This document shows positions 62,750-64,000 of a stretch of DNA of 64,000 bases, piece after piece. A program made the translations under genes and the position numbers. Source of the DNA: Chara braunii (Eukaryota > Plantae > Charophyceae); contig BFEA01000018.1 of the NCBI GenBank assembly GCA_003427395.1, positions 3,177,461-3,241,460 of the forward strand. Reading direction: 5' to 3'. Each line of letters starts with the position of its first letter. Position 1 is the stretch's first letter. The notes beneath the pieces are model-generated. The model saw nothing but the letters and a program-made list of their open reading frames with translations. It ran no database searches and was not told where the DNA came from.

Positions 62750-64000
62750 GTGTTGGCCCGTGGGGTTTTTGGTCCTCCTCGACCCCAAATGTGTGTTTCG
62801 CGTATGCTTCAATTTTGTCAAGAAACTCATTTACGACGAGGACGATCGCTGCCCCCACATCCATCCAGTCAATGGCAGTCACATTCTCGTATTTCTCCAC
62901 CGTTGCCAACACTCGCGGACTGTACATTAGGACAGTTTTTGCTTCGCCCCAATGTTCGTTTTTTAGTCTGTCTGCTGGTCTGTCATCCGACAGTGAGAAT
63001 ATATTCACTAAAGTCCATTCCATGAGAGATTCTAGCTTTTGTTTGACCTCGTCGTTGGCCACGATAAGTCGGGGCGGAGAGCAGTCTTCCTTGCTCTTTG
63101 ATAGTACAGAGGTTGGCAGTTGAACTTCCATGTCCATAGGCGAGTATTGCTGGTGCTGTTCAGGCACCGGGGGGTCTATCAGGGCCGAGGTATCCATATC
63201 TTGGGTCTGGTGGTCTTCTATTTGGGGAATCGGCTCGTTAGCGATCGCCTTCAGCTGGTGTTTGTGGTTCTCAGGCATGTCAGTTTGATTTTCAGCTTGT
63301 TGTTGCCAGAACCTCTGTAGTTGTTCCTGCTGCTGCTGGAGCACCTGTTGGTGTTGCCAGCATAGCTGATGTTGCCATTGTAGGTGCATGTGCTGGAGGA
63401 GTTGTTGCTGCTGTATCGTTCTCTATTGGTGTTGTTGTTGGTGATATTGTGTTAGTTGGGCTTGCAGTAGGAGGTGGTATTGTTCGTCATGTTCCCTCTG
63501 CTGCATGGCCTGTTGCTGTTGAAGTTGCTGGGTTTGTTGCCTCGTTTGGAGCATCATGTGGAGTTGTGTTTGGTGCATGCCCTGTATTTCCTGATGTTGG
63601 GTTTGTACATGTTGTGCCTGCTGCAGTTGTGCATGGTGGAGTGAGTGGAGTTGCACTTGGTGATGGTGTTTGCAGGCCTAGGTGTTGTTGCTGGGCATTC
63701 TTCTGTTTCATTTGCTCCCACTCGTGTTGTGTCTGGTGGGTCAGCTTTTCCAGTAGCACTTGGCAGGGCAGTGGCTGTTGTTGTTGTTGTTGTTGTTGTC
63801 GGGCACCCTCCTGCTCTTGGCGTTGTGTGTGCATATCTGGGCAGGGAGGGATTTGATGCTGCAGCAGGGCTTGTGGTTGCTGCTGCTCGGCAAGCCCAAT
63901 CATGTGTTGTTGTTGTTCCAGGCGCAGCTGCTCAGTGTGTATGATTATGTGTTGTTGTTGTTCCAAGCAGAGCTGCTCAGTGCGTATCTGTGGCAGTTCC
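62487..64000 (-). pseudogene. Gln-rich putative LINE ORF1 region
   Basis: Q/H-rich minus-strand ORFs (62487-63389, 63423-63656, 63487-63966) upstream of ORF2 on the same strand. Confidence 0.55.

Larger units (their letters stand above)
54591..64000 (-). mobile_element. L1-clade LINE D (related to family B), running off the window
   Basis: Poly(A) tail (T22 at 54591-54612), 3' motif at 54681-54733, ORF2 55773-60210, Gln-rich upstream coding region. Confidence 0.92.

Overview
This is a eukaryotic window made almost entirely of nested transposable elements, with no recognisable host gene. Chromoviral Ty3/Gypsy, L1-clade LINEs, a two-ORF PIF/Harbinger and a plant-type U6 fragment suggest a green plant or streptophyte alga (Chara-like; inference only). 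In order: a palindrome and two tandem non-autonomous hAT elements (130-2012); decayed L1 pieces around a chromodomain Gypsy element (5004-13429); two more LTRs of that family (19694-20612 with a tRNA-iMet PBS, and solo LTR 40653-41646 with a 4-bp TSD); L1 copies at about 13.4-15.7, 21-26.3, 43.9-54.6 and 54.6-64 kb; and a complete but decayed Harbinger (32156-37954, TTA TSD). The most unusual feature is an 8,022-bp insertion (45134-53155) with TGAAT...ATTCA ends and a 4-bp TSD, whose removal restores the L1 reading frame it splits. It has no recognisable protein-coding region but carries a U6 snRNA-derived segment and two arrays of RNA hairpins. In these arrays the loop or core is conserved while the stems differ in sequence yet still pair. 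A third co-varying structured repeat flanks the Harbinger, and a conserved ~53-nt two-hairpin motif marks the 3' ends of divergent LINEs. All alignments and folds were done by eye.
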